From an uncultured Bacillota bacterium (lineage in GTDB: Bacteria; Bacillota; UBA994; UBA5500), in the NCBI GenBank assembly GCA_937874815.1, contig CALNBW010000374.1, positions 1 to 32,966 of the forward strand: a stretch of DNA of 32,966 nt, written 5' to 3'. Position numbers and translations under genes: made by a program. The notes under the pieces were generated by a model that did not search any database, was not told where the DNA came from, and was given only the letters and a program-made list of their open reading frames with translations. Numbering within the stretch: the first letter of the stretch is position 1; each line of letters begins with the position of its first letter. Below, piece after piece: positions 17,862 through 27,467 of this stretch.

Positions 17862-18017
17862 CAATACCATCCTCTCACTGCAATCTTTTATCCACATTCT
17901 AGCTACAAGCTTCTAGTTGCTTCGCAACCATCGTTTCATCACCCGCAACGCTAAAGCGTAACTAGCAATTGGCCCAAATAGATAATCCGTTAACGGCTGT
18001 ATAGATGGGCATCTGGC

Positions 18018-19139
18018 CTATTTGGAGGAGCATAGAACGTTCATGATAGCAGACGCCAAGGCATCTACAGAACCATTGTTATTGGCCAACACGATAACAC
18101 CAGCACCTGCTTGAGGGCAGATGATGTTGCTTGAGCAATAGCCACCCACTAAGCCGTTATGGTCGTAGATCTTGCCGTATGGCCTAACTCCTGCATGCCA
18201 TCCAAGACCAATAGTTCGCTGCCCAGAGAGATGAGATTGCTGAGCTAAGGCCATGGCCTCTGCTAGCCGCAAATCAACTGTGAAACCACCCACATTAGCT
18301 GCCAAGTAGCGAATCATATCTCTAGCGGTACTCTTGATTCCACCAGCCGCCTGCATGGCATCAAAATCCCACTCCTTGGCCGATGTGCCACTGGCCAAGT
18401 GGGGTTTTGCTTTTCGGGCTTGTAGAGCTTCGTCAGGGAAAACAGTCGTTGAGGACATACCCAACTTGTCGCAAATTAGCTCCCTCAGCATTGTGTCGTA
18501 GGGCTTGCCGTACGCGTCCGACAAACACTCACCTAAGACACCCATGCCCAGATTGGAGTACTCATACACCGTACCGGGTGTTCTACGCAATATGTGGGCC
18601 CTCATGAAGTTGTTCATATCCTGTCTACTGAAATCAGAAAACGGGTTAAGGGGGTTGGTAGTTGCAGGGTCTCGCGGTAAGCCGGAAGTATGGGTGGCTA
18701 AATGCTTCAATGTCATCTTCACGCCGTCCAACTCCCCTGATTTACTCTCATCAAAGAAGCTATTTACTGTGGTATCTAGTGAAACTAGACCCTGTAGCGA
18801 CAGATCAGCTAACAACGTGCCAGTAAACGTCTTTGTCAACGATGCAATTTCGAAAAGCGTATTCTCGTTAATGGGCTTCCCTTTTTTTTCGGTGCTTCCA
18901 TAATTGAAATAGGCTACACCTCCGTCTTTTACCACCGCAACTGCCATGCCCGTGAAACCCTTGGCATCGAAGTAAGCCGCACATTCCTTGCCAATCTTAT
19001 CAAGAAGCTCGCCATCCTTAATTGGGGGTAGCTCACCAGCCCTTGCATTCACTGCCGACCGCAAGGCAGGCAATGCAAGAACCCCAACAAGAACTACCAT
19101 TGCAATGCATAGCCAATAATTCTTACGGGTTAGCTGCAT
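18018..19139 (-). CDS. exported class-C beta-lactamase-fold serine hydrolase
   Basis: Signal peptide (WLCIAMVVLVGVLALPALRSAVNA), SxxK motif ASLTKT, and YSN (YEYSNLG). 373 aa. Confidence 0.85.
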   Translation of the reverse strand: MQLTRKNYWLCIAMVVLVGVLALPALRSAVNARAGELPPIKDGELLDKIGKECAAYFDAKGFTGMAVAVVKDGGVAYFNYGSTEKKGKPINENTLFEIASLTKTFTGTLLADLSLQGLVSLDTTVNSFFDESKSGELDGVKMTLKHLATHTSGLPRDPATTNPLNPFSDFSRQDMNNFMRAHILRRTPGTVYEYSNLGMGVLGECLSDAYGKPYDTMLRELICDKLGMSSTTVFPDEALQARKAKPHLASGTSAKEWDFDAMQAAGGIKSTARDMIRYLAANVGGFTVDLRLAEAMALAQQSHLSGQRTIGLGWHAGVRPYGKIYDHNGLVGGYCSSNIICPQAGAGVIVLANNNGSVDALASAIMNVLCSSK

Positions 19140-19198
19140 CTACTAATCGCACCTCCTAGCTTCCTCGCATACTTAGGCAGTGGGATGTTGAACTAACT

Positions 19199-20176
19199 CT
19201 ATACCATAAGGCAGGATACCCAGTGGCCCGGTTCAATCTCCCGTAGTTGCGGCTCCATTATGGAACACTGGCCCACGCAAACTGGACACCGGGTATGAAA
19301 TGTACAGCCTGCTGGCGGATTAATGGGACTAGGCATGTCACCTTCTAGACGTACCCTCTCCCCTTTTTCACCACTAATCTTCGGAACAGAAGATAGCAGC
19401 GCCCTCGTGTATGGGTGTAACGGGTTGCGGTAAATGTCTTTCTTGCCGCCAAGCTCTACAATCTTGCCCAAGTACATTACAGCTACCCTATCCGAAATAT
19501 GGTGCACAACCGCTAAGTCGTGGGAGATGAAAACGAGCGATAACTCGTATCTCTCTTGGATGCGACGCAAAAGGTTAACTATCTGCGACTGGATGGATAC
19601 GTCAAGAGCCGAAACTGGCTCGTCGCAGACAATTAGCTTAGGGCTTAGGGACAGCGCCCGAGCAATACCGATCCGCTGGCGCTGGCCGCCAGAGAACTCA
19701 TGTGGGTAGCGGTTAAGATAAGCCCGCTCCAGTCCACACTCGTCCATAAGTTCCAAGACACGCAACAAGACTTCTTTCTCCGACTGAAAAACCTGCTGCG
19801 TCCTAATGGGCTCGGCAATAATATCGCCCACAGTCATGCGTGGATCTAGCGAAGCGTACGGATCTTGAAAAATGATCTGGATATCCCGCCTAATGCTGCG
19901 CATCTGTTTATGGCTATAATCCGTGATATCGTTGCCTTCAAAGATAATTCGGCCAGTTGTTGGTTCAAGTAGCTTCATTATGGTTAAGCCCAAAGTGGAT
20001 TTCCCGCACCCCGATTCGCCAACAATACCTAAGGTCTCACCCGCATTGACTGACAGGCTGACACCATTAACTGCCTTTACCGTTCTTCGTTTTTCAAAGT
20101 ATGATTTCCTAGGCACAGGGAAATAGGTCTTCAGGTCCCTAATTTCCAACAGTGGGCCATTTGCTCTAGAGCTCAT
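19199..20176 (-). CDS. oligopeptide/dipeptide ABC transporter ATP-binding protein (OppF/DppF type)
   Basis: Walker A GESGCGKST, signature FSGGQRQR, Walker B LIVCDEP, and a C-terminal Opp-type extension with Cys residues. Confidence 0.93.
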   Translation of the reverse strand: MSSRANGPLLEIRDLKTYFPVPRKSYFEKRRTVKAVNGVSLSVNAGETLGIVGESGCGKSTLGLTIMKLLEPTTGRIIFEGNDITDYSHKQMRSIRRDIQIIFQDPYASLDPRMTVGDIIAEPIRTQQVFQSEKEVLLRVLELMDECGLERAYLNRYPHEFSGGQRQRIGIARALSLSPKLIVCDEPVSALDVSIQSQIVNLLRRIQERYELSLVFISHDLAVVHHISDRVAVMYLGKIVELGGKKDIYRNPLHPYTRALLSSVPKISGEKGERVRLEGDMPSPINPPAGCTFHTRCPVCVGQCSIMEPQLREIEPGHWVSCLMV

Positions 20177-21173
20177 TGAAGTTCACCTCCGGATCATACC
20201 TGTGGCAGCGCACTTTACCATTGCCAACATCATGAAGTTCTGAGGGCTTTTCAAAGCAATAGAGCTTAGCGTAGTCACAACGCGGCGCAAATAGGCAACC
20301 GGCATGTATCTTCATTAAGTTGGGCACCATACCGCGGATCTGATAAAGCTCCTGATCTTCGTTTTCATCGGAAATCTGAGGGACCGAGTTCAGCAGCGCC
20401 TCAGCATAAGGGTGCATTGGCTGGGAAAAGACAACCTGGGTAATGTTCTGCTCAACAACTTGACCGGCATACATAATGCACACCTTGTCGGCGATCTCCG
20501 CAACCACGCCCAGGTTATGAGTAATCATGATTATTGACATGCCTAACTTGCTTCTTAATTCTACGAGCAGATCGAGTATCTGGGCCTGCACTGTTACGTC
20601 AAGAGCGGTCGTAGGCTCGTCACAAATAAGCAAGTCTGGATTGCAGGCCAAAGCCATGGCAATGACAACCTGCTGTCGCATGCCACCCGAAAGCTGGTGT
20701 GGGTACTCGTGGAAGCGCTGCTCTGGTAAAGGAATACGCAACAAATCAAGCAGTTCGATCGCGCGCGCCTTAGCCTGAGACCGGTTGAGATGCTTTTGGT
20801 GGTATTTTAAAGTCTCCACAATCTGCCACCCAACTGTAAAAACCGGGTTAAGTGCAGTCATGGGCTCCTGAAAGATCATGGTGATGCGAGACCCCCTTAT
20901 GGCCCTCATCTGCTTTTGAGTCTTGGCCAGCAGGTTTTCTCCATCAAACATGATGGTCCCTCCAACGATCTTGCCAGGAACAGGCACCAACCTCATTATT
21001 GAGGCTGCCGTTAGGCTCTTACCACAGCCTGACTCACCCACTAAAGCCAGCGTCTCACCTTTATGTACTTCGAAAGAGATGCCGTCAATTGCCTTCAGAA
21101 TCCCATCCTCAAGGTAGAAATGGGTCTGCAGATTCTCAACTGAGAGCAATTTTTCTTCCTTCAATTGTTTCAC
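20166..21173 (-). CDS. oligopeptide/dipeptide ABC transporter ATP-binding protein (OppD/DppD type)
   Basis: Walker A GESGCGKS, signature LSGGMRQQ, and Walker B LLICDEPTTALD. It overlaps the next gene by 11 nt. Confidence 0.93.
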   Translation of the reverse strand: MKQLKEEKLLSVENLQTHFYLEDGILKAIDGISFEVHKGETLALVGESGCGKSLTAASIMRLVPVPGKIVGGTIMFDGENLLAKTQKQMRAIRGSRITMIFQEPMTALNPVFTVGWQIVETLKYHQKHLNRSQAKARAIELLDLLRIPLPEQRFHEYPHQLSGGMRQQVVIAMALACNPDLLICDEPTTALDVTVQAQILDLLVELRSKLGMSIIMITHNLGVVAEIADKVCIMYAGQVVEQNITQVVFSQPMHPYAEALLNSVPQISDENEDQELYQIRGMVPNLMKIHAGCLFAPRCDYAKLYCFEKPSELHDVGNGKVRCHRYDPEVNFNEL

Positions 21174-21177
21174 CGCC

Positions 21178-22086
21178 CTATTTGTTTTTCAGCCGTGGAT
21201 CGAGGGCGTCGCGTAGTGCATCACCGCAAGTGTTAAAGGCCAGCACGGTAAGCATCAGCATCAGGCCTGAAAAGATACTATAGGTGGGAGCAGAACGCAT
21301 GTGTACCCGAGATTCAGCCAGCATTTTGCCCCAGCTCGGGTTGGGCGGCTGTACCCCCATACCAATATAGCTAAAGAAAGTTTCGGTCATTATGCAGCCG
21401 GGGATATCCATGGTCAGAATAACAATAATTGTGGACATGCAGTTAGGAATTAGATGCCTAAAAATAATACTCCATTCGCTAGCACCCGCAGCCCGAGCGG
21501 CTAGGACATAATCGCTTTGCTTTAGGCGCATTATTTGTCCCCGGATCAGGCGCGCTACGTTGGTCCAACCAAGGAGGCCAATAGCGATGAAGATGTTGAT
21601 GATGCCTTGTCCCAAAACCATCATTATGGCCAGAGCAAACAACAGGAAAGGGAAGGAGCTTAGGATCTCCATCAGGCGGGAAATAATCTTATCCACCCAC
21701 CCGCCGTAGAAACCAGCGATGGAGCCCATAATTACGCCTATGGTTAGGGCTATCAACTCAGCTACTACGCCTATGAACAAGGATATCCGTGTGCCCGCCA
21801 CAACCCTGGAAAAGATGTCACGGCCCAACTCGTCGGTGCCAAACCAGTGTGTAGCAGAGGGTCCCTGCAGCATAATGGAAATATCATTATAGTTCGGATC
21901 ATGTGGCACTAACCAGGGCCCTACAATAGCCAGCAGAATAATGAACCCAATGAAGCCCAGGGAGATAAGGGCCTGGGGGGATTTTTTCAAACGCTTCCAT
22001 GCGTCTTTGTAAAGCCCGCTGTCGCTGAGGACATCGGCAACCCCGACCTCCTCGTAGAGCCTTTTGTTGCTTTTGAAGAATCTCAT
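21178..22086 (-). CDS. peptide ABC transporter permease (OppC/DppC type)
   Basis: 302 aa, multiple TM helices, N-terminal OppC-type extension, GTDELGRD motif and an EAA-like loop (ARAAGASEW). Confidence 0.92.
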   Translation of the reverse strand: MRFFKSNKRLYEEVGVADVLSDSGLYKDAWKRLKKSPQALISLGFIGFIILLAIVGPWLVPHDPNYNDISIMLQGPSATHWFGTDELGRDIFSRVVAGTRISLFIGVVAELIALTIGVIMGSIAGFYGGWVDKIISRLMEILSSFPFLLFALAIMMVLGQGIINIFIAIGLLGWTNVARLIRGQIMRLKQSDYVLAARAAGASEWSIIFRHLIPNCMSTIIVILTMDIPGCIMTETFFSYIGMGVQPPNPSWGKMLAESRVHMRSAPTYSIFSGLMLMLTVLAFNTCGDALRDALDPRLKNK

Positions 22087-23027
22087 GTACGTTCACCGCC
22101 TGCAAGCCTAACTCTGGGGTCAAGTAACCCGTAGACTAAATCAACAGCAAGGTTAATAATGACAAAGACGACTGCAGTATAAACTACATTGCCCTGGATC
22201 AGCGGCATATCCCGGGAGTTAATAGCATCGATGGCCAGTTTACCAAGACCATGCATGGAGAAAATGGTCTCAATAATCATGGCACCGCCTAACACAGAAC
22301 GAAGCTGGATACCGATCAGGGTTACGATAGGTATGGCTGCATTCTTGAGCACATGCTGCATCACTACAAAGAACTCTGGAACGCCTTTAGAGCGAGCTGT
22401 GTTTACATAATCCTGACCTAGGGAATCGATAATATTGTTTCGAATCAGCCTAGAGGCCCCGCCCGCGTAACCAATGGCTAGAACAAGCACAGGTAGTACG
22501 TAGTGTTGTATAGTTGAGTTACCTGATATCGGCAACCACCCCAACCGAACACCCAAAATGAGCTGCAGCACCATTGCAATCCATAAGCCCGGCAGGGACA
22601 TAAACAGCATGGCAAAAAACATGATGACTTTGTCGATAAGCGTACCTCGAAAGACGGCAGCCAGAATCCCCATTGAGATACTCAAAATTAACGAGACGCC
22701 AAGCGTCAGGAGTCCTAGCTTAGCGGTAGAAGAGAAGGCCTTGGTCAATAGCTCGGTAACTGGACGGTTCTTGAAATAAGATTTGCCTAGATCCCCCCTG
22801 ACCGCCTTAGCCAAAAAGTCTACATACTGCGTAGTCAAGGGGCGGTCCAGCCCAAGCTCATGACGGACACGATCTATGGTCTGCTGGTCAGCCCGTTTGT
22901 CTAGCATGATGACTACCGGGTCACCGGGGACCACATTAAGCAAGATAAAGGTGATCAGCGTCACGCCGAGCAACACGATAAGCGATTGTAAAATCCGTTC
23001 AAGCGCATATTTGATCATAGTACACAT
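22083..23027 (-). CDS. peptide ABC transporter permease (OppB/DppB type)
   Basis: IKYALERILQSLIVLLGVTLITF...PGDP at the N-terminus and the loop ARSKGVPE. Overlaps the next gene by 4 nt. The start is ambiguous between 23027 and 23018. Confidence 0.92.
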   Translation of the reverse strand: MCTMIKYALERILQSLIVLLGVTLITFILLNVVPGDPVVIMLDKRADQQTIDRVRHELGLDRPLTTQYVDFLAKAVRGDLGKSYFKNRPVTELLTKAFSSTAKLGLLTLGVSLILSISMGILAAVFRGTLIDKVIMFFAMLFMSLPGLWIAMVLQLILGVRLGWLPISGNSTIQHYVLPVLVLAIGYAGGASRLIRNNIIDSLGQDYVNTARSKGVPEFFVVMQHVLKNAAIPIVTLIGIQLRSVLGGAMIIETIFSMHGLGKLAIDAINSRDMPLIQGNVVYTAVVFVIINLAVDLVYGLLDPRVRLAGGERT

Positions 23028-23063
23028 TCGCCTCCCAGCAGATGTTCTTCACCCAAAAGGAAG

Positions 23064-23101
23064 GCATTGCGCAAGCAAGCAAATGCCTGTTTGCGCAATG
23101 C
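23064..23101 (-). promoter_or_regulatory. intra-operon stem-loop between the binding-protein and permease genes
   Basis: 11-bp arms gcattgcgcaa (23064..23074) and ttgcgcaatgc (23091..23101). The position is typical of partial terminators or mRNA stabilisers that raise binding-protein expression relative to the permeases. Confidence 0.45.
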
Positions 23102-23141
23102 TTCGCTGTTGCTGGAGCTTGGCCAGTCTGGCTTATACTAA

Positions 23142-24746
23142 TTAGTCAATGATGACAAACATTAGCCCATCCCTGTTGCCATCAACCCAGTTATGAACAC
23201 GGTCTTGGAGCAGAAAGACGGAAGGGATGTTAAAGCCAGGCACGCCAATGAAAGCCTCTTGGCTTAGGTAACGTTCTAATTCAGCATAAGCCTCCTGCTG
23301 CTGGTCTGGATCAGTGATAGCGCGGGCCGCCATGACCTTTTTGTCAAACTCAGGGTTGCGATGGCCCGTGGAGAGGAAGTCAGCTGATGCACTGTGAAAG
23401 AAGCCGTACATGAAGGTGTCAGCATTAGGGAAGCTTGGTCCCCAATCACACAAGAAGGACTGGACATTGCCGGTGGTCCGCTTGTCAAACCACACACCGC
23501 TTTCCACTTGATCGATCTTAGCTGTCATATTACATTCTGCGAAATCCTGCTGCATGATCTGATAGACCTGATAGAAAATGCCTGTGCCTACGCAAGTCAT
23601 CTCAAACTCAATGCCATTTGGATAACCAGCCTCAGCAAGCAATGCCTTAGCTTTCTCAGGGTTATACTCAAAAGCTGGTAGGCTGGGATCGTAACCCGGG
23701 ACACCCTCGGGCAGAATGGTATTTACCGCCGGCCACAGGTTTTTGAAATAGCTCTCAGCTATTTTCTTGTTATCAAAGGCATAGGCCACTGCCTCTCTGA
23801 CCTTGGGATTGTCGAATGGCTTCTTACCGTTGTTCATGACAAAGAAAACTTGGGAGAGGGAGTTCTGCACCTTGACACAATCTGCGAAATTAGGATTGTC
23901 CAAGTACTCTTGAGCCATGGTCAGACCAAGACCAGTGTAGTCGATGTTGCCTGCCTCAAACTCTAAGTATCTAGTGTTCTCGTCCATGTTATAGAATTCA
24001 AAGGCATCCACGTTAGGCTTCAGAGTCCGACCGTTATAGACGTTATGGTTATAACTTGGGTTAGCTTTCATAACGATTTTGGTCTCGGGATCAAAAGACT
24101 CCAAAATGTAGGGGCCCGTACCGATTAGGATATCAATGCCCCAGCGGTCGCCAGCCGCCTCGTAGGCATGTTTAGGCACGATACCTAAATATGTGTTTGC
24201 TAAGGCATTAGCAAAGCTAGCATAGGGGCTTGCCAAAGTGATTTCGAACTTGTAGTCATCAATCACCTTGAAACCTGCTAAAGTTTCGGCTTCGCCGTTC
24301 ATCATTTCCTCGGCGCCAAGAATGAAGTCTATCATCCAAGTATTGAGACATTTGGTGGCTGGATCGAAGAAACGGTTGAAAGTGAATTCGACGTCTTTGC
24401 TAGTCAACTCTACACCATCGCTGAACTTAATACCCTGCTTAAGCTCAAAGCTGTAGGTTAGGCCATCATCGCTGACAGTCGGAATATCCTTGACTAGCAG
24501 CGGGTACATTTCATACGTAAAGGGGCGCTGTCCCATAAGGGGTTCGCAGATGAAGCTATAAGGGGTAGCAACGCGAGGATAAGTAGATTTCATCGCGTCA
24601 ATGTGACCGTCGGTGCCGTAGTCTCCGCCCAGCCTCATGATCTTGTCACCGGTGGAAGGGCCGGGGGCAGGAGTTTTCGGGCTACAGCCAGTAAGGACTG
24701 CCAAGAGCATAATCACCACTAAGAACCATGCTGAAAGTCTTTTCAT
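23142..24746 (-). CDS. family-5 peptide-binding lipoprotein of the ABC transporter
   Basis: 534 aa. Lipobox LAVLTGCSP. The size and sequence pattern fit the SBP_bac_5 (OppA/DppA/NikA) class. AGAGGAGGAAG ribosome-binding site. Confidence 0.9.
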   Translation of the reverse strand: MKRLSAWFLVVIMLLAVLTGCSPKTPAPGPSTGDKIMRLGGDYGTDGHIDAMKSTYPRVATPYSFICEPLMGQRPFTYEMYPLLVKDIPTVSDDGLTYSFELKQGIKFSDGVELTSKDVEFTFNRFFDPATKCLNTWMIDFILGAEEMMNGEAETLAGFKVIDDYKFEITLASPYASFANALANTYLGIVPKHAYEAAGDRWGIDILIGTGPYILESFDPETKIVMKANPSYNHNVYNGRTLKPNVDAFEFYNMDENTRYLEFEAGNIDYTGLGLTMAQEYLDNPNFADCVKVQNSLSQVFFVMNNGKKPFDNPKVREAVAYAFDNKKIAESYFKNLWPAVNTILPEGVPGYDPSLPAFEYNPEKAKALLAEAGYPNGIEFEMTCVGTGIFYQVYQIMQQDFAECNMTAKIDQVESGVWFDKRTTGNVQSFLCDWGPSFPNADTFMYGFFHSASADFLSTGHRNPEFDKKVMAARAITDPDQQQEAYAELERYLSQEAFIGVPGFNIPSVFLLQDRVHNWVDGNRDGLMFVIID

Positions 24747-24987
24747 ATACTTCCTCCTCTAATGTTCAGCATCCAATGGCAATAGAGCGACGTTATTGCT
24801 GGGGTTCATGCCCAGCCACACAAAAGTAAGATCTCTGTATTTCCCCCCCTAACAAACAGTTATCTGTAGGTTAATCATAATACTGCGATTACCTCGTAAG
24901 CCATCCGAGGATTCTAACTAGAATTGTAAAGACGAAAAGAGCCCCCAACCTTTCAGCAGGAGGCCCTCTATGCTATTCCGTGCTAAT

Positions 24988-25017
24988 TTGACGCTCTTAC
25001 TGCCACTATGGTATAAA
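24988..25017 (+). promoter_or_regulatory. candidate sigma-A promoter for the TetR-like gene
   Basis: TTGACG (24988..24993), an 18-nt spacer, then TATAAA (25012..25017), about 33 nt upstream of the TTG start. Confidence 0.45.
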
Positions 25018-25050
25018 ATATCTGACAAAGCTGGGGAAGGGGGGTTCTAA

Positions 25051-25680
25051 TTGACACACAATTATTCACGCACCGAACTTATTTTCAACGCGATAGAGAA
25101 CCTCTTACTAGAGGAAGGCAGGGAGAGCTTAACCTACGCCAAGATATCTGAACGGTGCTATCTACACACCAATACCATTACCTACTATTTCAACGGCAAA
25201 GAAGACATGATGATACAGTTCTTTCAGTATATCGTGGACCGTGATAACGCTAACATGCCTGAATTTTTTACCCGTGTACCAGCCGGATTAACACCAGTAG
25301 AGGCTTTCAATGAGTTAATCGATTACATAGTAGAAGGTGGACACTTGGTGTCCAAAACACGTCGGCTGCTCAACCTTTACCTTCTGCCTTACGTCGACAT
25401 TAGTGATGCTGTAAAAAAACTACTGTCCAGTGTTCATAATGCTTCTAGTGCGTCCGAGTATGCGGCCATACAGATGTACAATGCCTTAGGCATCATAGAG
25501 GAGAGTAGAATAAGGGAGTCTTTTGCAGACCTGACTCTAGCATCCTCTGGGTATTCGCTAATTCAGCTTTTCGGAGTGAAGTGCATTGATCATCGGCTGG
25601 CTCTGCATCATACAAAAGAGCGCCTAAGGAGGAGCTTCTTGAAGGATGAATACTACCGCGAGAGAGAGTATAGAGAGTGA
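25051..25680 (+). CDS. TetR/AcrR-like transcriptional regulator, divergent from the peptide ABC operon
   Basis: The N-terminal helix-turn-helix-like segment LTYAKISERCYLHTNTITYYFNGKEDM follows an alpha-helical opening (LIFNAIENLLLEEG). 209 aa. TTG start after GGAAGGGGGG. Confidence 0.65.
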   Translation: MTHNYSRTELIFNAIENLLLEEGRESLTYAKISERCYLHTNTITYYFNGKEDMMIQFFQYIVDRDNANMPEFFTRVPAGLTPVEAFNELIDYIVEGGHLVSKTRRLLNLYLLPYVDISDAVKKLLSSVHNASSASEYAAIQMYNALGIIEESRIRESFADLTLASSGYSLIQLFGVKCIDHRLALHHTKERLRRSFLKDEYYREREYRE

Positions 25681-25697
25681 CTCACTACGACCAAAAG

Positions 25698-25741
25698 GGG
25701 GCGCGTCGCAGAACGTTATCCAGAACGTATGCTACGCGCCC
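25698..25741. terminator. stem-loop between convergent TetR-like gene and pyrD
   Basis: Arms gggcgcgt (25699..25706) and acgcgccc (25734..25741). The minus-strand version is followed by CCUUUUGG. The large loop contains a cagaacgt direct repeat. Confidence 0.45.
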
Positions 25742-25773
25742 TTCGCTTGCAAACTGTCAACACGGATCGTGAG

Positions 25774-26685
25774 TTAGATCTGCAGGCTGCCAACTAACTC
25801 CTGAACTGAGGCCATCCCCTGTTCCTGCAAGTAGCTGGAGATGCCCTCGATGACTTGCCAGGCAGTTTCCGGCTCCACAAAATTGGCGGCACCAATCTGC
25901 ACCGCGCTGGCTCCACAAATGAGGAACTCCAAGGCGTCACTGGCGGTCATAATGCCTCCGAGGCCAATAACTGGCACTTTGACAGCCTGAGCTACTTGCC
26001 AGACCATGCGTAAAGCAACTGGTTTGATAGCCGGACCAGAGAGCCCGCCCACTATGTTCCCCAGGATTGGCCGCCTGGTACGCGGGTCAACTGCCATACC
26101 CAGCAGAGTATTGATTAGAGAAATGGCATCAGCTCCAGCGGCTTCAGCCACTTGGGCGATACGGGCGATGTCAGCCACATTAGGCGAAAGCTTGACGATT
26201 AAGGGGAGGCGCGTGCTCTGCCGTACCCGGGTCACTACTTCATGCACTGCGGCCTCACTGGTACCAAAAGCCATGCCGCCTGCCGCCACATTGGGGCAGG
26301 AGATATTGAGTTCCAGCGCAGCTACGCCTGGTTGCTGTAGGCGCTCTGCCAACTCGCAATACTCATCCACAGTGTTGCCAGATACATTCACAATAGTGGT
26401 TACGCCCAGGTCGCGCAGTTGCGGTAGGTAATTTGCCAGGAAATACTCCACTCCCGGGTTCTCCAGCCCGATGGAGTTAAGCATGCCGGCAGCCGTTTCC
26501 ACTATCCGCTGGGGCTGGTTACCAGCCCTAGGCTTAAGGGTAGTGCCCTTGACCACTACGCCACCTAAGGCGCTGATATCGCCAAAGGAGCGGTACTCTA
26601 GTCCATAACCAAATGTGCCCGAGGCTGTCAAAACAGGATTTTGCAGCTGCAGACCGCCAATATTGACACTAAGGTCGACTGGCAT
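25774..26685 (-). CDS. pyrD: dihydroorotate dehydrogenase B, catalytic subunit
   Basis: LQNPVLTASGTFGYG, NSIGLENPG, and LSPNV...GADAISLINT. 303 aa, class 1B type, paired with pyrK. Confidence 0.95.
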   Translation of the reverse strand: MPVDLSVNIGGLQLQNPVLTASGTFGYGLEYRSFGDISALGGVVVKGTTLKPRAGNQPQRIVETAAGMLNSIGLENPGVEYFLANYLPQLRDLGVTTIVNVSGNTVDEYCELAERLQQPGVAALELNISCPNVAAGGMAFGTSEAAVHEVVTRVRQSTRLPLIVKLSPNVADIARIAQVAEAAGADAISLINTLLGMAVDPRTRRPILGNIVGGLSGPAIKPVALRMVWQVAQAVKVPVIGLGGIMTASDALEFLICGASAVQIGAANFVEPETAWQVIEGISSYLQEQGMASVQELVGSLQI

Positions 26686-27467
26686 TATAGCACCACCTCG
26701 CTCTCTTTAAAAACGGGCCCATCGGTGCAGACATGCACGTAGCCCCCGCCGGGCGCTGCCACGGCGCATCCCAAACAAACCCCCAGGCCACAAGCCATGT
26801 AAGCCTCCAACGAAAGCTGGGCTGAGAACTGTCTCTGTCCCGCCAGCCTTTGCAATGCCTTAAGCATGGGGTTCGGCCCACAGGCAAATACTTCGCCGGC
26901 TGCTCCCGACTGCAGAAAGCCTGCCAGTAGGTCTACAACATTCCCCGCGATTCCATAACTGCCGTCGTCGGTGCAGCAGGCCACAGCGACACCCAGCCGT
27001 TCGAATGCATCAATGCCTACTAAATCAGTGGCGGTGCGGGCACCGTAGAGCAAACGCACGTTAATCCCATTGGCTACTAAATCGCGAGCCAACAGGAGCA
27101 AAGGGGCCACACCAATACCGCCAGCCACAAGTATCGCGAAACCATTGGCAGACGGTTGCGGCAAAGCAAAGCCGCGCCCCAGTGGGCCGACGATGCTGAG
27201 CTCTGTCTTAGCTTGACGCTGACTAAGCAGCTGGGTGGAGGTGCCTACCGTTTGGTAGAGCAAGTCGATAGTGCCTTGGCCTGGATCGCAATCATGCACG
27301 CTTAGCGGAGTGCGTAACAATGGGTCGTAGGTGTCGGCTACGCGCACTTGCACAAACTGACCGGGGCGAACCTCCCGGGCAATTGCCGGTGCCTTCACTC
27401 GTAAGCGCCAAACACTTGGACTAAGCCGCTCGTTACTGATGATCAAGGTCTTATGCGTCGCTGGCAT
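26685..27467 (-). CDS. pyrK: dihydroorotate dehydrogenase B, electron-transfer (FAD/2Fe-2S) subunit
   Basis: FNR-like fold (RPGQFVQV, GGIGVAPL) with the C-terminal cluster CGLGVCLGC...C. The start is set at the ATG at 27467, preceded by AGGAGGG; the track start at 27524 lies inside pyrC. Confidence 0.92.
   Translation of the reverse strand: MPATHKTLIISNERLSPSVWRLRVKAPAIAREVRPGQFVQVRVADTYDPLLRTPLSVHDCDPGQGTIDLLYQTVGTSTQLLSQRQAKTELSIVGPLGRGFALPQPSANGFAILVAGGIGVAPLLLLARDLVANGINVRLLYGARTATDLVGIDAFERLGVAVACCTDDGSYGIAGNVVDLLAGFLQSGAAGEVFACGPNPMLKALQRLAGQRQFSAQLSLEAYMACGLGVCLGCAVAAPGGGYVHVCTDGPVFKESEVVL

Noticed and set aside
25707-25733. The direct repeat cagaacgt x2 in the loop of the pyrD/TetR intergenic hairpin, considered as a possible repeat array or operator.
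   Set aside because: There are only two 8-nt copies. That is too short to separate from chance, and nothing CRISPR-like occurs anywhere in the window.
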